Shown: positions 25,101-37,325 of the stretch, piece after piece
How positions within the stretch are numbered: the first letter of the stretch is position 1
Layout of the letters: every line of letters starts with the position of its first letter
NCBI GenBank assembly: GCA_002633005.1
Contig: NMRA01000051.1
Location: 130,911-194,910 of the forward strand
DNA length: 64,000 bases
Source of the DNA: Phoronis australis
Taxonomy: Eukaryota; Animalia; Phoronida
Reading direction: 5' to 3'
Translations under genes and position numbers: made by a program
Notes under the pieces: generated by a model
What the model saw: only the letters and a program-made list of their open reading frames with translations
What the model was told of the DNA's origin: nothing
The model's database searches: none

Positions 25101-28100
25101 TTACCTCTCTTTGGAGCAGTCCTTATTTTCTATTTGATAGTCCTTATTTTCTATTTGATATGGTGTTCTCCAGAAAGGCTGAAAACCGCTGCGGCACCTG
25201 ATATTGAGTACGATGGAACCCAGCCTCCGCCGAAAAGGTCCAGCCCCAACATATTCCTTAAAAATAGGTTATGAATGGACAATAACAACAAAATTGTTGC
25301 AGCTACTGGTGCTACTAACTACAATGATAACTAAGTTATAGTCTAGACGTATTTCCAAAAAAGAGCCCTGTATAATGCTCTAGAAGCATTTTTAGTAAAA
25401 GCTGGGAACAAGACTTTTTCCCACCACCAAGGGATGGCAATTTCAACTAGCCCTGTTCCCAAGCCGAATTTTGCGTTTTTGACCATCTAATTAGCATAAA
25501 CAAAATGGCGGTCAAATTGTCATGTTCAGGTGCATCCTTACAGTAGAAATCACGATACACCATTTGAAATGGTGAAATGTCTCAGTTGTATACTTCTTAC
25601 AAATACTTCTTGAGCAATACATCACATATGAAAACTAAAAAATTGCAACTCCAAAAATTAATTATGCAAATTAGGTGCCTCCATTACCATGCAATGCAAT
25701 TTTCATCGTAACTTTGTTCTCCTGCAGGCTAATTTGAAAAATGAGGTGTTTGCACCTATGTTTTCATGGTCAACAAACCTGCTAAAGACACTTGAAGCAA
25801 TTTATTTCATATTTATTGGGTTATAACGTATAATTACAGAATGTGGAAAATATAGTCGTTAGTCTGCAATGCTGGATTAGCAAGGTCTCACTATTTTGGA
25901 AGAATATAAGGATAGATGTTCACACTATTTCGTAATTTTCCATTCATAAAAACATAGTTATTGTTATAAAGACGCCAACGGTTATCATTAGATTGTCTGT
26001 TGAAAACAGTTTACCATTCACGTTTTGGTACTTTTTAACATGCGTGAAGCAAATTAAACAAGGACTCTGATCGCGAATGTGCTGGTAGCATGTATATAAT
26101 TATGTGCATCATAATCCAGATTTCCTACATTTGCATCTACTGTTGCATTGTTTCTGGCATGCACACAATACCATCTCTAGGCAGCTGTCTCCAGAATTTT
26201 TTGAGGATCATCATCTGCAGCGGCCATACTCGTAATGTAAGCATGACAATCCTCGTACGGCCTCTGCAATAAACGAGACAGTTTGTGTGCCATCGTAGCT
26301 TTGTTGTACGACTTTCCAGTGATGACCTGTACCTTGATCATGTGGTCTAATCTCTATCCACACCTCAGCTAGTCCGGAACCACTCATGTGATCTACAATA
26401 GCTTTGACAAAGTTCATCGATACGTAAAGGCCCCCTCAGCGAGGTATAACTTATTTTGGTATTCTGGAACCGACCACGTAAGCTCCATTAATCTGCTAGT
26501 GGTCGACTGTGAGAATGGTCTGTTCCTGTCCAACGTTATGACCATGCATCTCTTTGTGTACAACAGTATCTAAAAGTCATGTTGTTATGTTTACAATAAT
26601 TTTATGTCTTATAGTGAAATGTTCGCAAAAAGCATTGATAATTCTGATTTCTAATACTAATTTTCGGGTTTTATTAATGAACATTTGTAACTTAGAGAAA
26701 GTGATATAAAAAGCATCGCATGAGTGTTAATGATTTTTCTAGACCTTCAAAACATAGGTATAGACACCTAATTTGTCATGTTTGCCTCTAACATGCACAT
26801 TTTCCAGAAATGCGTCTAGACTATTAGTAATAATTTTGAATTTGCCTCTGATTCAAAGCGCTTCACGTGGCGTCGGGTCGTACTCTTTAAACTTCGCCTG
26901 AGTGCCACTGTTTGTGTAGATGACAGGATGGTGCATATTTGGTAGAATTTGAAACAATCACGTGTCACCAAGCAAATTTATATGGCAAGATGTGAAAATG
27001 GAAACGTACTGTGACGGGACGTTAGTAACTGTACGTTTATTGTTATGCTTATTTATTTGTTATTGTTCATTTATCCTTATGCTAATGTCTTTGTTATGTG
27101 GCCATGCGGGCGCGACTGTATGAGTCGGACACTTCGCTAGCGACAGGCTTCGAAGAAGGGTGTTTCCTTCCTTTGCCTATATATGGAACTGAGCGTTATC
27201 ATATGTAACTGAACTGAAATGTATGCGTGACGAGGTGAAATACACATTTTTTGGTGTTCACTGGAGACTTGCCCTAATACAGTACAATCACTGATTCATG
27301 ATAATTTGTAATCCTTTTGTGATTGTCAGTGTGCCAATGAAGTTGATTGAGGACTGTGAAAAAGCTCCAGTCGAGCTTGAGGGAAATCCATGCGCCCGGA
27401 CTTGCAAACGTCGATGCCTTTTGTAGCACGAAAACACAACTCCTCACAAACGGTCACAAGAAGAAAACCCATCCCCTAGTTCGGTTGCACAGCAGTACAT
27501 TACGACATCCACCAAGCAACAGTTAACCGGGGAGGGAGTGGGGTGCAGGTCACTCACCTACCGACCGGAAGTGCTCCAAGAAGACTTTCTTCGACCGTGC
27601 GGGACGTTTAGGCGGTGTCAGTGACCGGCGGTGGGGCGCACAGTTTACCCTTTACGTCACTCCGCTCATCCGAATTGCACAACCTGGACTGGTCACCTCG
27701 CGGGTTAGCGCTAGTAATAATGTACATCCACTAAAATGGGAGTTGACACATCACATCGGACACGAGGTTGAATAGTCAAATTTATGTTCATGTCCAACCA
27801 GAATAGGCCTATAGTGAATATGAACACTAACTCAATCAGACAAGTAACATTACTATTTGAAGCCAAACGGCGAAAGATGTCGAGTTCGGTCTTTTCCTTC
27901 AACCGACTGCAGTAACAAGTTCTGGCACATGTTTCTGAACCCACGGCCGGTTACCAACGCGTTGCCGTACTGACTTGTCACAAGGTGACTGGTCTAGCTG
28001 ACTCATCACAAGATAATACACTCATCAGTCACAAGGTGACGCTAAGCACCTTTAACTATAAGCAATAATAATGAGAACGTCGAGTGTGACGATGCCCACA

Positions 28101-29623
28101 GACCTGAAACAGTCAGCTTCGCTCACTTTGTATTTACCTTTCATATAATCTCGTTTCAGATAAGAAACGGCGCTGGAAGATATGAAATGGGTCCACACAG
28201 TCTGAATCATGTCTTCGATGGATTTGCGAAACTGACAAAATTTGAGTTCGATCGGGGATCAGTGAAATTTTCGACAAAATTCCTTAGGTCCGATTTTTAT
28301 AAAGATTCACTGCGTGAAAATGACATAGCTGCTTATTTAACAGTTGGCAATATTCATCCCAAGATTGGTTTTCTCAGAAAAATGCTTGGATTACTTCGTG
28401 GAATACATAACATGGACGTCAACATTGAAAGTCTCAAAGTTGGCAATTCGACAAAATACTATGCTCTGAATGACATTTGGAGAATGTACGAATTCAATCC
28501 AAATAATCTGGATACCATCAATTGTGTAGAGCCGCCAACTATACTTGATCATCCTGTAAAACAAAAGCGCCAAGACTTCTTGTTAAAAAACGAGCTGTTA
28601 GAGGCAATTAAAACACAGTTTGAAAACGTGAAGAATATTGAGGGTTTTTCAATGGACCCGAGACTTTCATCTGCTCATCCACTTAAGGAGTATGACCGCG
28701 AAAGCTGGATCACCTATTACGCACACGTTAACCTTATAACTGGAAAAGCGCAGGTCTTCGTATACCGCGTTCGATCTTTGGAAAACCCCGAAACGGTAGC
28801 TGTGTTGGATTTCGATAAAACACGTTACATGCATTCATTTGGAATGACGAAAAATTACGCCATTTTCACCGCAAACACTTGTTATGTAGAAGCACTGAAA
28901 GAGATAGAGTCGTTTCCTTTCGACTGCATCAGATGTGATACCGAGGACTTTTCAACAGTCTTTGTTGTGGATTTGAGAAACAACCAAGTGTGGAAAATGA
29001 AGACGAAATCATTTTTCATCATGCATCACATAAACGCTTATGAAGCAGACGACTACACCGTCGTGTGTGACATGACAGACCATCACAATTTCAGCCAGTT
29101 GAAGAACTTAACGAGAGATATTTTATTGGATAAACGCCGAAGGGATACTGATATCAGGCCTTTAAGTCAATACCTTCGATTGGTAATAAACCTCAAAACG
29201 AATGAAATCGACTTCAGCTATTTGGAAACTCAGCCAGGCTACGAGTTCATATCAACCTCCGAAATGCCGGCCATCAACCCCGCGAAACGGTTTAACAAAC
29301 ATTGCTTTATCTATGGCATGGCGTTTTCGTCTGACAATAAACACTTTGCAAACATGACTTTGACGAAAAAAGATGTTTGTGGTGGAAATGGCGATAGATT
29401 TTGGCAAATAGAAAATCACTATCCCGGAGAACCACGATTCCTGGGGTCACCAGGTGCAACCGAGGAAGATGATGGAGTTTTGTTGGCGGTTGTCTTGAAT
29501 GGAATTAAACGGAAGTCGTATTTGGCAATAATTGATGCGAAAAGAATGAAACTTATTTCAGCATCATACACACCGACCACGATACCTTCGGGTATTCACG
29601 GAAAATTCTTTGAAGAACTGTAA
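22158..29623 (+). CDS. Carotenoid oxygenase (BCO/RPE65-like) paralogue 2; exon 1 22158-22331 (duplicate at 21566-21739), exon 2 28160-29623; about 545 aa
   Basis: Exon 1 ends GSVPGWIKGAL|GTAAGC; acceptor GTTTCAG|ATA AGA AAC GGC (IRNGAG) is in frame with ORF 28187-29623. Same intron position as paralogue 1. SAHP, YMHSFG, HHINAYE and SGIHG retained; identical C-terminus HGKFFEEL. Confidence 0.9.
22705..22860. mobile_element. MITE with 5-bp TSD
   Basis: CAGTGACAGATTTAG ... CTGGATCCGCCCATG flanked by GTTGT/GTTGT. Confidence 0.72.
22943..23675 (+). mobile_element. Non-autonomous THAP-bearing element with AT flanks (ISL2EU/Harbinger-like)
   Basis: Imperfect TIRs including GTGACGTCACC(A/G)AAAGTA(G/A)GGCAAA; AT on both sides; truncated THAP start MPNKRCCYGKCNSDSRY at 23110. 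Confidence 0.55.
23905..24018 (+). pseudogene. Truncated THAP N-terminus of a DNA transposon
   Basis: MPKNSYCCAVGCNSD...KFFAFP, then abrupt loss of similarity. Confidence 0.55.
24590..25120 (+). pseudogene. Second, more degraded Academ transposase fragment
   Basis: Reverse-complement similarity to 13255-14010 (MRKQRNAPHDLLLKTKPK vs MRQQRNTPHYSLLKTKPK). Confidence 0.7.
25339..26823 (-). mobile_element. Internally deleted Academ element
   Basis: TAGTCTAGACG(T/C)ATTTC TIRs, 3-bp TSD TTA; residual transposase MNFVKAIVDHMSGSGL... and, frameshifted, VITGKSYNKATMAHKL at ~26280-26420. Confidence 0.78.
27010..27281 (+). mobile_element. Probable solo LTR
   Basis: TGT...ACA termini, 4-bp TSD GTAC (27006-27009 / 27282-27285), TATA-like CCTATATATG and AATACA near the 3' end. 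Confidence 0.5.
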
Positions 29624-29799
29624 ACCTGTATTTCAAGAGCGTTTTCCGGCCGCGATTTTCCAGCCAGCACGATTAAAGCACCCGTGAATTTCCGCAGAAT
29701 TTAATTGCTGACTTTTCACCAATCTGCCAATAATAAGCTCAATTCACCATGCTTTTCAGTAAAATTTAGAAAAAAGAAAGATAGTAAAACAACAGGATC

Positions 29800-32284
29800 A
29801 ACTAGAAAGATTATTGTCACGGCGTGACAATAACGGACTCTGCGCGTGCGTATTACTGGAATTATTATGGGAAGTTACTGACAGCAACCCGTTTACCAAT
29901 ATGAAAAGGAATTCTTTAAAATTGTAGGAGAAATTACATATTAATTTTTTGATGACCTTTCCACTAATTGACCCCTTTCGGTGCATTATGAGCCCCGATG
30001 AGGGAGTAATTGTTAACTCGATTAAAAGTGTGGTTAATGCTAATAATCACAGATGTTTTACTTTAAGCACTTCAGAATACAAGATGAATGAATTGGTCAA
30101 ACTTTCAGAAGAAAAATGCACCTAATGACCCCATGGGTGCACCAAATGAATTGAAAATTTAGAATTCAAACTTAATCGCACTTAGTAAACAGATACGTAA
30201 CTCTGGAGTTTCTATCTCAAAATTTTAATTTGCACTCAATGAAATTTGACCTATATTTTCTGATTGGTTAGGCCTATTGCAAAGTAAAGTAGGGTATTCA
30301 ATTGGCATGTTGACTTACACCAGTGTGCTGAAATTGAAAAGAATTCCTTGAAAAACGTAAGACATATAACATTTTGAACGTTACATGACCTTTGTACTAA
30401 TTGACCTTATCCGGTGCATTTTAAGCATCTTTAGGAGAATTATTGGAAAGCCCATGGAAAATGTGTTTAACGCTGAGAATCACAGTTGTCTAACGGTTGA
30501 CACATCAGAATACTTGCTGATTGAAAAGGTCAAATTTTCAGAAGACAAATGCACCTAATGACCCTATGTTTGCACTAAATGACCTGAAACTTTGGATTCC
30601 GATTTGATTTACCTGCGGCAATCAGACCTGTCAATTTGAAGTGTCTAGCTTAAAATTTTAGTTTGCACCTAATGACCTTTGACCTATTTCACCTGATAGG
30701 ATGACCCGATTACTTAGAAAAGTAATTCTTTAAATTGTCATGTTGACTTATACCTGTGCACCGAATTTGAAAAAAATAGCTTTAAAACTGAAGGAGGAGT
30801 AGCATTTTGAAAATTATATGACCTTTGCACCAAACGACCTCTTCCGGTGCAATATGGAATATGATTATATAATTATTCAAAATTGATATACTGTCAAAAG
30901 TAATATGCTGAATTTAAAGACCGTACCTGCTCCCAATTTGGAGTTATTAAGCCTCAAAGTTGGTCGGAAGACGAATAAGAAGAACTAGAAAGATTATTGT
31001 CACGGCGTGACAATAACGGATTCTGCGCGTGCGTATTACTGGAATTATTATGGGAAGTTACTGACAGCAACCCGTTTACCAATATGAAAAGGAATTCTTT
31101 AAAACTGTAGGAGAAATTACATATTAATTTTTTGATGACATTTCCACTAATCGACCTGTTCCGGTGCATTATGAGCCCCGATGAGGGAGTAATTGTTAAC
31201 TCAATTAAAAGTGTGGTTAATACTAATAATCACAGATGTTTTACTTTAAGCACTTCAGAATACAAGATGAATGAAGTGGTCAAACTTTCAGAAGAAAAAT
31301 GCACCTAATGACCCCATGGGTGCACCAAATGACCTGAAAATTTAGAATTCAAACTCAATCGCACTCAGTAAACAGATACGTAATTCTGAAGTCTCTAGCT
31401 CAAAATTTTATTTTGCACCCAATGACCTTTGACCTATTTTTCTGATTGGTTAGGCCTATTACGAAGTAAAGTAGGGTATTCAATTGGTATGTTGACTTAT
31501 ACACCAGTGTGCTGAAATTGAAAAGAATTCCTTGAAAAACGTAAGATATAACATTTTGAACGTTACATGACCTTTGCACTAATTGACCTTATCCGGTGCA
31601 TTTTAAGCATCTTTAGGAGAATTATTGCAAAGACCATAGCTGAGAATCACAGATGTCTAACGGTTGACACATCAGAATACTTGCTGATTGAAAAGGTCAA
31701 ATTTTCAGAAGAAAAATGCACCTAATGACCCCATGTTTGCACTAAATGACCTGAAACTTTAGATTCCGATTTGATTTACCTGTGGCAATCAGACCTGTCA
31801 ATTTGAAGTATCTAGCTCAAAATTTTAGTTTGCACCTAATTACCTTTGACCTATTTCACCTGATTGGATGACCTGATTACTTAGGAAAGTAATTTTTTAA
31901 ATTGTCATGTTCACTTATACCTGTGCACCGAATTTGAAAAAGATAGCTTTAAAACTGAAGGAGGAGTAGCATTTTGAAAATTATATGACCTTTGCACCAA
32001 ACGACCTCTTCCGGTGCAATATAGAATATGATTATATAACCAATCAAAAATTTATGTACTGTCAAAAGTCATGTGCTGAATTTAAAGACTGTACCTGCAC
32101 CCATTTTGGAGTTATTCAGCCTCAAAGTTGGTCGGAAGAAGAATAAGAAGAATAAGAATAAGAATAAAATTGAAGAAAACCCAGGAACAACAGTACTCTG
32201 CGCTTACACGCGCAGAGTAATTAGAATAAAATTGAAGAAAACCCAGGAACAACAGTACTCGGCGCTTACACGCGCAGAGTAATT
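29800..32284. mobile_element. Tandem dimer (period ~1183 bp) of a Helentron-associated (HINE-like) element
   Basis: Units start AACTAGAAAG at 29800 and 30983; terminal hairpin TTATTGTCACG-GC-GTGACAATAA; subTIR ACTCTGCGCGTG pairs with CACGCGCAGAGT; internal TGACCTTTG repeats; (AAGAAT)n; duplicated end palindrome ACTCTGCGC-TTACAC-GCGCAGAGT. Confidence 0.75.
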
Positions 32285-32465
32285 ACATGACTTTATTTTG
32301 TATCATATAAATGTTCAAGATAAAATCTCGAAAACACGTCACAGTTTTCATTTTTTGCAACTTTATTTTTTCAGAAAAATATCGGTCCTTTTTTTACAAT
32401 CCCTCACACAAAAGTAGAAGAATTCAAAAACACGTTTTTATGTAATTTTGGAAAACAGTGTATAA

Positions 32466-32610
32466 CATGGGCGGCGCACCATAGGGGGCTGGGGAGGTTA
32501 TAGCCCCCACTTTTTTCAATGTTACGCCGCACATGGTCTATAGGCGGTGCACTACAGGGGGCGTTGATGGGGCTTTAGCCCCCACCTTTTTCAGTGCTGC
32601 GCCACCCATG
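32466..32610 (+). mobile_element. Dimeric CATGGGCGGCGCA MITE
   Basis: TIR CATGGG(C/T)GGCGCA; perfect TSD TATAA; two ~72-bp monomers. Confidence 0.85.
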
Positions 32611-34586
32611 TATAAGGCATACTATCTGAAACTGTGTTGTGAATCGTTTCAGTCACTTGTGAGATATAATGTTTCGAAGTCGACCAAATCTGAATATAAT
32701 TTAACCCAGTCGTGTTTCATCCAAGTCGCCATTGAAATTAATTCCTACGTGTTGAAAATACAGTTTGGACGATTTCATTATTTTTTTGGGAATTAATGTG
32801 CTATATTCATATATCCAGTACATATATAGTTGATTTGCAAGGGATATTGTGAACTTAGGTCACGTTTTATGAAAGAAGTTCAATTGAAGCACCAACTCAT
32901 TAGTCCTACAAGTCAGCGCTTGTTTTATGTTCAGATCGAGTCGAGCTTGTGTGGGCTAAGGGTCGTGGGGGTTGTGGGTCGAGGGGGTCGAGGTGTGTGG
33001 GGGTCGAAGGGGTTTCAGATTAACCCCGTTAATACAAATAGACGTATGATACATATATATTGTGTTACGTGTATTGCGCTTGAGACCAGATAACGTTGCG
33101 AATTGGTCCACAAGATCTATTGTTTTTTGAGTGATTTTTAACCATCAGTTGCAACTGTAGTGTCATCAGCATATTGGAGAATTTAATAATTCCAACTTTC
33201 AAAAATTGCGCCTTTAACTTCTCTACAATTCCTGAATACATTTTTTATGAGTTCAACGTATAACACAAACAAATATGGAAAGACAAGGTACCCTTGTTTA
33301 CATTTACGTTCAACCCTCAAAGAAGATACCATTTTGCCAATCCACTTAAAAAATTATCTCCAAAACCAAATAATTTCGAGACACAAAACACGCAGTCCAA
33401 GATAATGAATCAAATGCTTTCGCAAAATCAACTATTGTCACTGAACAGGGGCCATAACTGTTACGATGAGATCCCGTGCTGTCTTTCATTGACAGATCAT
33501 TTAATTTGTAAAAAAATCTCACCATCTGCGAGGTAAATGAACTGTTAAAGCCCCTGTAACTGCATTACCATTTATCGGTTTTACCATAAATGTTGGAAGC
33601 AATACAGTTCTGATTTTACGTAACAAGAGATGGCGCTGCGAGAAAACGCTCGTAAAATCTAAGCTTAAGAATAGATCTAGCCAGTCCTTTCGCTCGCAGT
33701 GTACCACGATTAAAATCCTCAATTTCAACGTTATGCTATTTCGCGGGAATGTGTATTGTTTATTAACAACCAGTGCCCGATTGCATGAAACAGTCCCAAA
33801 TAGGGACTCAACTAAGCTCCCTAAAACCTAGCGTATTTTTGGACTTGTGACAAACATCAATTTCTCTTTCTTTGATACAAATCGTGAGTGAACTCCACGT
33901 TGAATTGTCAATATTATGGAAAATAATTAGGGATCTTTTCATGCAACACCCCCGATTTAAGGACTGAGTCCCTATTTTTTTCAATGAACTCTGGGCTCAA
34001 TTTTTAGTTACATTATTAGAAAATGTCATTAATCAGAGGAGCTCATAATAAAGATGAAATGATAGAAAAATATTGCATCTGTGATTCCATGAAGACACAA
34101 ATCTTAGTACGCAAGAAGACTTTTAGTACACAAGCCAAACTACTGCGTTTTATTGCTATCCTAAGAAAAACCGTTAAGCTGTTTTTATGCTTTCCACCTA
34201 AAAAGATAACTTATACCGAGACTGAGATTCCCATCCTAACTTTTGTTCACGGCAGTTTGAACCAGTTTAAGATTATCCTCGATTTTTAAAAATAACCAAA
34301 CGTGTGTCTTGACCTACTACGCCAAAATGGGCTGATAACTGAATTAGTTTTTACGTTAGGGACACAGAAGTACTTTTGACAAAAATGTGAAATTCACACC
34401 CATCTCAAATTAATGAATGCAATCCCTTAAAAAACTGATTAGTTTTGTTTCAAGATGCCAGTTTTACGTCTGAAAGTTTTTAAAATTTCTATTTCCAGGC
34501 TTCATTACCGATTGTCTTACGTCCGCGTAAGTTTTTTTGAGGATATTGGGTACTTCAAATTCTAGCGTTTCGGCTTCTACACAAAT

Positions 34587-34734
34587 CATGGGCGGCGCAG
34601 CACTGAAAAAAGTGTGGGGACTAAAGCCCCTCCCCAACCCCCTGTGGTGCATTGCCTATATACCACGAGCAGTGTAGCACTGGAAAATGTGGAGGGCTAC
34701 AGACCCCGCAGCCCCCTATGCTGCACCGCCCATG
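34587..34734 (-). mobile_element. Dimeric CATGGGCGGCGCA MITE, opposite orientation
   Basis: Perfect TSD CAAAT; reverse complement resembles 32466-32610. Confidence 0.85.
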
Positions 34735-35298
34735 CAAATCAGTTTTTTCTTTTATTTGGATACCCATCATGTTTTCTATGAAAGAAGAGGGAGGTCACCC
34801 ACTCAATTTTAACCTATTTAGACCAAGCAGCGTCACATACATTACAAGAATGAACAAATTTACCTCAAGGGGGCGCCAAGTTCAAGATCAGCATTACCCC
34901 CAGCCGCTGCGTTTTACCAAGTGGTCATTATGTTACATTGTTGAGATTGTGGAATAAGAGTATTTGATACGATTGATCAAAAAAGATTTTTCTAACATAA
35001 ACTCGAGTGTGCCGTTTAAATTCAATCAAACATCATGTTTACGTACTTGGCTTTGTCTTCCGTTTAGTATGACGTCATTCTGAAATTTGATGTCATGTGC
35101 TATTATTTACTGCCATATTAACAAAAATTCAAACGTAAACTCATAATGTCTCATGTTAAATAATCTGTTACTTGAAATAAACAATACTTTATGTTGTGTT
35201 TTATAAATAAGGGTGTGCCTTAAAACAACGGGGGCTTTACGACTTGGCAAACTGTGTTGAAAAACTTAGACGTAATGCTAGCTATATACGTGTTTGTT

Positions 35299-35304
<6 letters not shown>

Positions 35305-35390
<86 letters not shown>
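35305..35390. repeat. (TG)n microsatellite
   Basis: About 43 perfect dinucleotide units. Confidence 0.97.
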
Positions 35391-35392
<2 letters not shown>

Positions 35393-36189
35393 GACAAAGA
35401 ACAAGAATACAAATATGGCTAATAATGGTGTTTTGGAAGCACAAAAACAACGAAACAAGGTGCGTTTGCCACAATGTTTTAGAACTGTGTGTCTAGCATA
35501 AGCAAATTGTTGTACTCCTTTTACACATTAAATCTGTATTTCAATGGTTCAGGACAGCAGCTGAATTCAAAGCTACATAAATTACATAACGATATTTTTT
35601 GAAAATTTAACATAACGTTCAAGCAAAAATAGCAAAAAAAAAATGGTTTTGACACAACTACAATTCAATTCTAATTGACAACTTTTATCAAGCGAAAAGT
35701 TGATAATGAATCAACATCATGCAGCTTACATTATAGACAGTAACCATGGTCTCTACTGGGGCCAGATAGAGACGGTGGATAATGTATACTTACATTTATG
35801 ATTGCACTTTAAAGTCCACCTCAAGCAACAAATCTCAAAGATTAAAAACAAGAGTGGCAACGAAATTCTCAGGACGCTACAGCTTTTGCATTGTTAATCA
35901 CATGACAGGAAGCAGTTATTAAATTGCTGTAACTTCAAAAGAAGCCTTAACTGTTAACCCTTGTCATTATTTTCAGGCTTCACTCCTTTCAACCCATCAA
36001 AGTCCGTAAGTTTTGAATCCTCAAATACTGCACAAGAGCAAAGCAGAACATTCATGTGCACTCACTATGTACCTTGCCTACTGCACAAATACAAAGAATA
36101 ATTACATTGTATTTTAAACATTATTACTAAAAGGAGCAACACTGGTAAACTTAAAATAATATCCAAGGTGCAGAGAGCTAGTCAGCTAT

Positions 36190-36900
36190 CCTCTCAACGG
36201 GAAAATACTATCACTTTTCATGGTGATTCTTCAAGAACTGGCAGATAGGGAGACGGACATCAAAAAACAAACACATAAATAATAAAATGGACACCAGGGG
36301 TGCAGCATAGGTCAAATTTGTCTGAAAGGAGGCAGGTGCTGTCACCTCCATGACAATAACTTATGTGTCAAATTTCATGAAGATCCATCTAATAACTTGG
36401 AAGATATTGAGCCACAGACAAAAATGCCAAAATCATCTTTAGCTATGCTCTACTTGGTAGGAACACATATACCATGATGGCATGATCTTTCAAGCATTTT
36501 GTAGAAAAGAGAGGCAGATGTCAAAAACAGATTAAAAAATAATAAAAATGACCACTAGATGGCATAGAATACGTCAAATCCATCCAATTATGGAAAAACG
36601 CCATTGTTTCCATAACAGAAACCTAGAAACCAAATTTCATAAAAATGTACAAAATAACTTTGAAGAAGCAATGGAAAAAAGAAAATTTCCACCAGAGGGC
36701 ACATCTGACATTCATTGCCATTTGTTTCCACGCTCCTAGGAATACTTCTTTAGGAATACACTTACCAAATTTCAAAAATATCCAGCAAGGAAGCACCACA
36801 AATAATTTGCCATTAGAAGACAACCACAGTGGTGGGACCCATTCAAAACTTAACGCCAGTACTGCTTTTCTCAGAAGAAATACATCTGTTATCTTTTCCC
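36190..36900. repeat. Degraded HINE/Helitron-like repeat with internal subrepeats
   Basis: Recurrent CAAATTTCA/GACCACTAG motifs; reverse-complement similarity to ~61500-62330. Confidence 0.45.
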
Positions 36901-37020
36901 ACTTTTTCTGAGCATTTATGTGGATAGAAAAGATTTCAAAAATTAAAGCAGACTTGCCGAATTGGGTCCTAAAGAGAATGTCCTTTTAAAAGAGCAAACA
37001 AATACACAACGGTTTAGAGT

Positions 37021-37286
37021 TTAGAACTCTCCTGATACAGGTGGTTCATAGGAGCGTTCAGTCTTCAGCTTCTTGTCCGTTATGCAGTCAGTTACCCAAT
37101 CAGAGGTCACCAGATGGAACTTGTTGTTCTGACTTCGCCTCTGGTCTCTGAGCAGTGGAAGTCTTGAATAATCCCTGTTGACATGTCAAAAAGGTGAAGC
37201 ATATAGTAATATTAATAACAATAGCATTCATAAAAATGATCACAATAGTAATACTGATAATGATAATGATAATGAAAAAAAAATAT

Positions 37287-37325
<39 letters not shown>

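Noticed and set aside
35220-35501. (HT)n / (CV)n ORFs
   Set aside because: Translations of the (TG)n microsatellite.
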